A stretch of DNA of 64,000 nt from an uncultured delta proteobacterium (lineage in GTDB: Bacteria; Myxococcota_A; Polyangia; Fen-1088), in the NCBI GenBank assembly GCA_963737265.1, contig CAVTRY010000011.1, positions 64,001 through 128,000 on the forward strand, written 5' to 3'. Of this stretch, positions 62,401 through 64,000 are shown in pieces. Each line of letters opens with the position of its first letter. Position 1 is the first letter of the stretch. The notes beneath the pieces were generated by a model. That model had not been told where the DNA came from, made no database searches, and saw nothing but the letters and a program-made list of their open reading frames with translations. A program made the position numbers and the translations under genes.

Positions 62401-62729
62401 GTGGCGGCGATGTGGCACGCGGCCCGTCGGGAGTCATCGAGGCTATCGCCGACGGCAAACGGGCCGCGCTGATGGTGGATCGCTATCTCACCGGGCGGCA
62501 GATGAAGATGATCAAGAAGGTGAAGCTACCTTCGATCTACATCGAGCCTGTGGAGGTTGACGACGACGAGGGCGAGACCATCGTGGAACGGGCCGTCGAG
62601 GACAAGGTATCGCCAGCGAAGCGGCGCAAGAGCTTCGTCGAGGTGGAAACGGGTCTGTCGCTGCAGGCGGCGACGGATGAAGCAAAAAGGTGCCTGCGCT
62701 GTGACCTGGATTTTACCCGACCCCTTTGA
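59475..62729 (+). CDS. [FeFe] hydrogenase flavin subunit: HndB-like ferredoxin + NuoF/HydB + GltD-like FAD/NADPH domain fusion
   Basis: GTCG..GCLGMC; NADEGDPGAFMDR, GGPSGG, ESCGKCIPCR; PCQTGCP, CARVCSHPCEDVC, GAGPSG, GGGNTAMD, YRR, C-terminal RCLRC. Confidence 0.9.
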   Translation: MPTPETSTKTTCWTAPSQPTAELLAKLPVGPLSANAGPNIGERITLLRRDEVRKPTILIGTGTCGLGAGAAKTMEAAKAYVAKRMIDAEVVEVGCLGMCSEEPMLDVQLPGKARISFCRVTADKVGGVLDAALAGKLPQDGVLGQFRGAAGEPWAKVPFLDQHPFFAPQLRWVLANSGIIDPGSIDEYIARGGYSSLENTLRTKKPDEVCDIVAKGGLRGRGGGGFPTGMKWKFAREAPGDHKYLICNADEGDPGAFMDRAVAESDPYRLLEGMVIAAYAIGASKAYIYIRAEYPLAIERLRVAIPKATEYGLLGKNILGSGFDLEIVLKLGAGAFVCGEETALMQSIEGKRGMPRPRPPFPAVKGLFGMPTVINNVETLACVSTLMEMGGDAFAAVGTAKSKGTKVFALSGMVSRTGLVEVPMGTTIRKIVFDVGGGNPSGKKCKAVQIGGPSGGCIPEPKMDIIVDYDAIKELGAIMGSGGLVVLDETTCMVDLAKFFMEFIQNESCGKCIPCREGTKRMLEILQAITRPRRRENGNDALLRFQGVMQLKQLAETIRISSLCGLGQTAPNPVLSTMRWFRDEYEAHIFDRACPAGTCKDLVGAPCQTGCPVGTEVWRYVAHLGRGETELAYQAIREANPFPSVCARVCSHPCEDVCRCGATGGEPIAVRALKRYVVDHVDPSAYRVTLKGATPKSKKVAVIGAGPSGLTAAHYLSLKGHKVTVFEKENEPGGMLFNGIPAYRLPRDVVRKEIASLLNDNIELKCNIALGKDVTVDGLLASGFDAVYVSIGAYKSQRLGIDGEHVAGVIPGMAFLKANNLRGETLAQGKVGIIGGGNTAMDAARVALRQPGVDKVTILYRRTRDEMPAFEEEVHAALEEGIEIKELATPVAVLSENGKLTGVRLLRNELGDQDSSGRRKPVPVKGSEFDVALDTLIVAISEQPEAESFQGLRTTKWGTIETNSESTAAGRPGVFSGGDVARGPSGVIEAIADGKRAALMVDRYLTGRQMKMIKKVKLPSIYIEPVEVDDDEGETIVERAVEDKVSPAKRRKSFVEVETGLSLQAATDEAKRCLRCDLDFTRPL

Positions 62730-62757
62730 TGGCGGCGGCAAGCAGGAAGAAAACAAC

Positions 62758-64000
62758 ATGCTGACCATCGAGATCAACGGAAAGAAGCTGGAAGCCGCCA
62801 AGGGCGAGACCATCCTCACGGTCGCGCGCCGCAACGGCATTGAAGTGCCGACCCTGTGCCACATGGAAGGGCTCATGCCGAGCGGCGCCTGCCGCATGTG
62901 CGTAGTCGACGTGGAGGGCTCTGCCAATCTCCTCACGGCGTGCTCGTACCCCGTCGTAGAGGGAATGAAGGTGCGCACGCATTCGCCGCGCGCGCTTGAA
63001 ACCCGCCGCACCATCGTGCAACTACTGCTCGCCAATCACCCGGACGACTGCCTCTACTGCTCGCGCAGCTCGAACTGCGACCTGCAGGCGCTGGCGCGCG
63101 ATCTTGGCATCAGCCGGCGCGAGTACCACGGCTTCAAGAGCAAGCAAATCCTGGACGTCTCGGGACCGTCGCTGGTGCGCGATCCCGAAAAGTGCATCCT
63201 GTGCGGCAAGTGCGTGCGGGTGTGTGAAGATATCCAAGGCGTGTCGGCCATCGACTTCGTCGGCCGCGGCAGCAAGACCGTTATTGGGACCGCGTTCTCG
63301 CGCGGGCTCGCCACCTCAAGCTGCATCAACTGCGGCCAGTGCGTGGTGGTTTGCCCGACTGGCGCGCTCGTCGAACGCTCCTACGTGCCCGAGGTGCTGT
63401 CCGCCCTGCGCGACCCGGACAAGTACCTGGTGGTGCAGCACGCGCCGGCGGTTTCGGTCACGCTGGCCGAGGAATTCGGCGTCGGGCCGGGCAGCGACTG
63501 CGACGGCCAAATGGTGGCCGCGCTTCGCCGCGCCGGCTTCAAGCGCGTGTTCGACACCAGCTTCAGCGCCGACCTCACCATCATGGAAGAGGCGTCCGAG
63601 CTGGTGCAGCGGATTCAGACGGGTGGCAAACTGCCGATGTTCACCAGCTGCTCGCCCGGCTGGATCAAATTCATCGAGGAGTTCTACCCGGACATGCTCG
63701 GACACGTCTCGACGTGCAAGAGCCCGCAGCAGATGTTGGGCGCGGTCATCAAGAGCTACTTCGCCGAACGCGAAGGAATCGACCCGGCCAAGATAGTCAG
63801 CGTGTCCATCATGCCGTGCACGGCCAAGAAGTACGAAGCTGGCCGACCCGAGATGGCGCAAAACTACGTTCCCGACGTGGACTACGTACTTACCACGCGC
63901 GAGGCTGCCCAGCTTTTGCGCATGAGCGGTGTGGGCATGCTTGGCATCGAGCCGGAAATGGCGGACACACCCTTCGGCGAGCGGTCTACGGCAGGCAAAA
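62758..64000 (+). CDS. hydA: [FeFe] hydrogenase catalytic subunit (group A, HndD/HydA-like), 3' truncated
   Basis: Not in the ORF track; manual translation gives VPTLC..GACRMC, HPDDCLYC, 2x[4Fe-4S], ADLTIMEE, P1 FTSCSPGW and P2 MPCTAKKYE. Confidence 0.93.
   Translation, partial: MLTIEINGKKLEAAKGETILTVARRNGIEVPTLCHMEGLMPSGACRMCVVDVEGSANLLTACSYPVVEGMKVRTHSPRALETRRTIVQLLLANHPDDCLYCSRSSNCDLQALARDLGISRREYHGFKSKQILDVSGPSLVRDPEKCILCGKCVRVCEDIQGVSAIDFVGRGSKTVIGTAFSRGLATSSCINCGQCVVVCPTGALVERSYVPEVLSALRDPDKYLVVQHAPAVSVTLAEEFGVGPGSDCDGQMVAALRRAGFKRVFDTSFSADLTIMEEASELVQRIQTGGKLPMFTSCSPGWIKFIEEFYPDMLGHVSTCKSPQQMLGAVIKSYFAEREGIDPAKIVSVSIMPCTAKKYEAGRPEMAQNYVPDVDYVLTTREAAQLLRMSGVGMLGIEPEMADTPFGERSTAGK

Overview
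High-GC bacterial window with a deltaproteobacterial/Myxococcota-like gene order (taxonomy is inferred). Bases 1-44.2 kb hold a near-complete flagellar cluster: fliOPQR-flhBAFG-fliA, a divergent HDOD pair, an orphan fliJ, flgFGAHI-flgJ/M23-flgMNKL and fliC-fliS-fliT-like-fliD. These are followed by an embedded modification cassette (GT41 O-GlcNAc-transferase-like protein, B12 radical SAM enzyme, methyltransferase). On the minus strand run a secreted TPR-like protein, a receiver-less sigma54 activator, flgBC-fliEFGHI-motE-like-giant fliK-flgDE-flbD-motAB. The sigma54 and sigma28 promoter hierarchy can be read directly from the DNA. Bases 44.4-64 kb hold an SDR, an orphan sugar-binding-fold protein, hypFCDE, a group 3d NAD-reducing [NiFe] hydrogenase hoxFUYHW, a two-component pair, rex with Rex-like boxes, and a multimeric [FeFe] hydrogenase. 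Its flavin subunit is an unusual HndB-NuoF-GltD fusion; hydA is truncated by the window end. Five genes are broken by +1 frameshifts that all coincide with a TTCGA motif.
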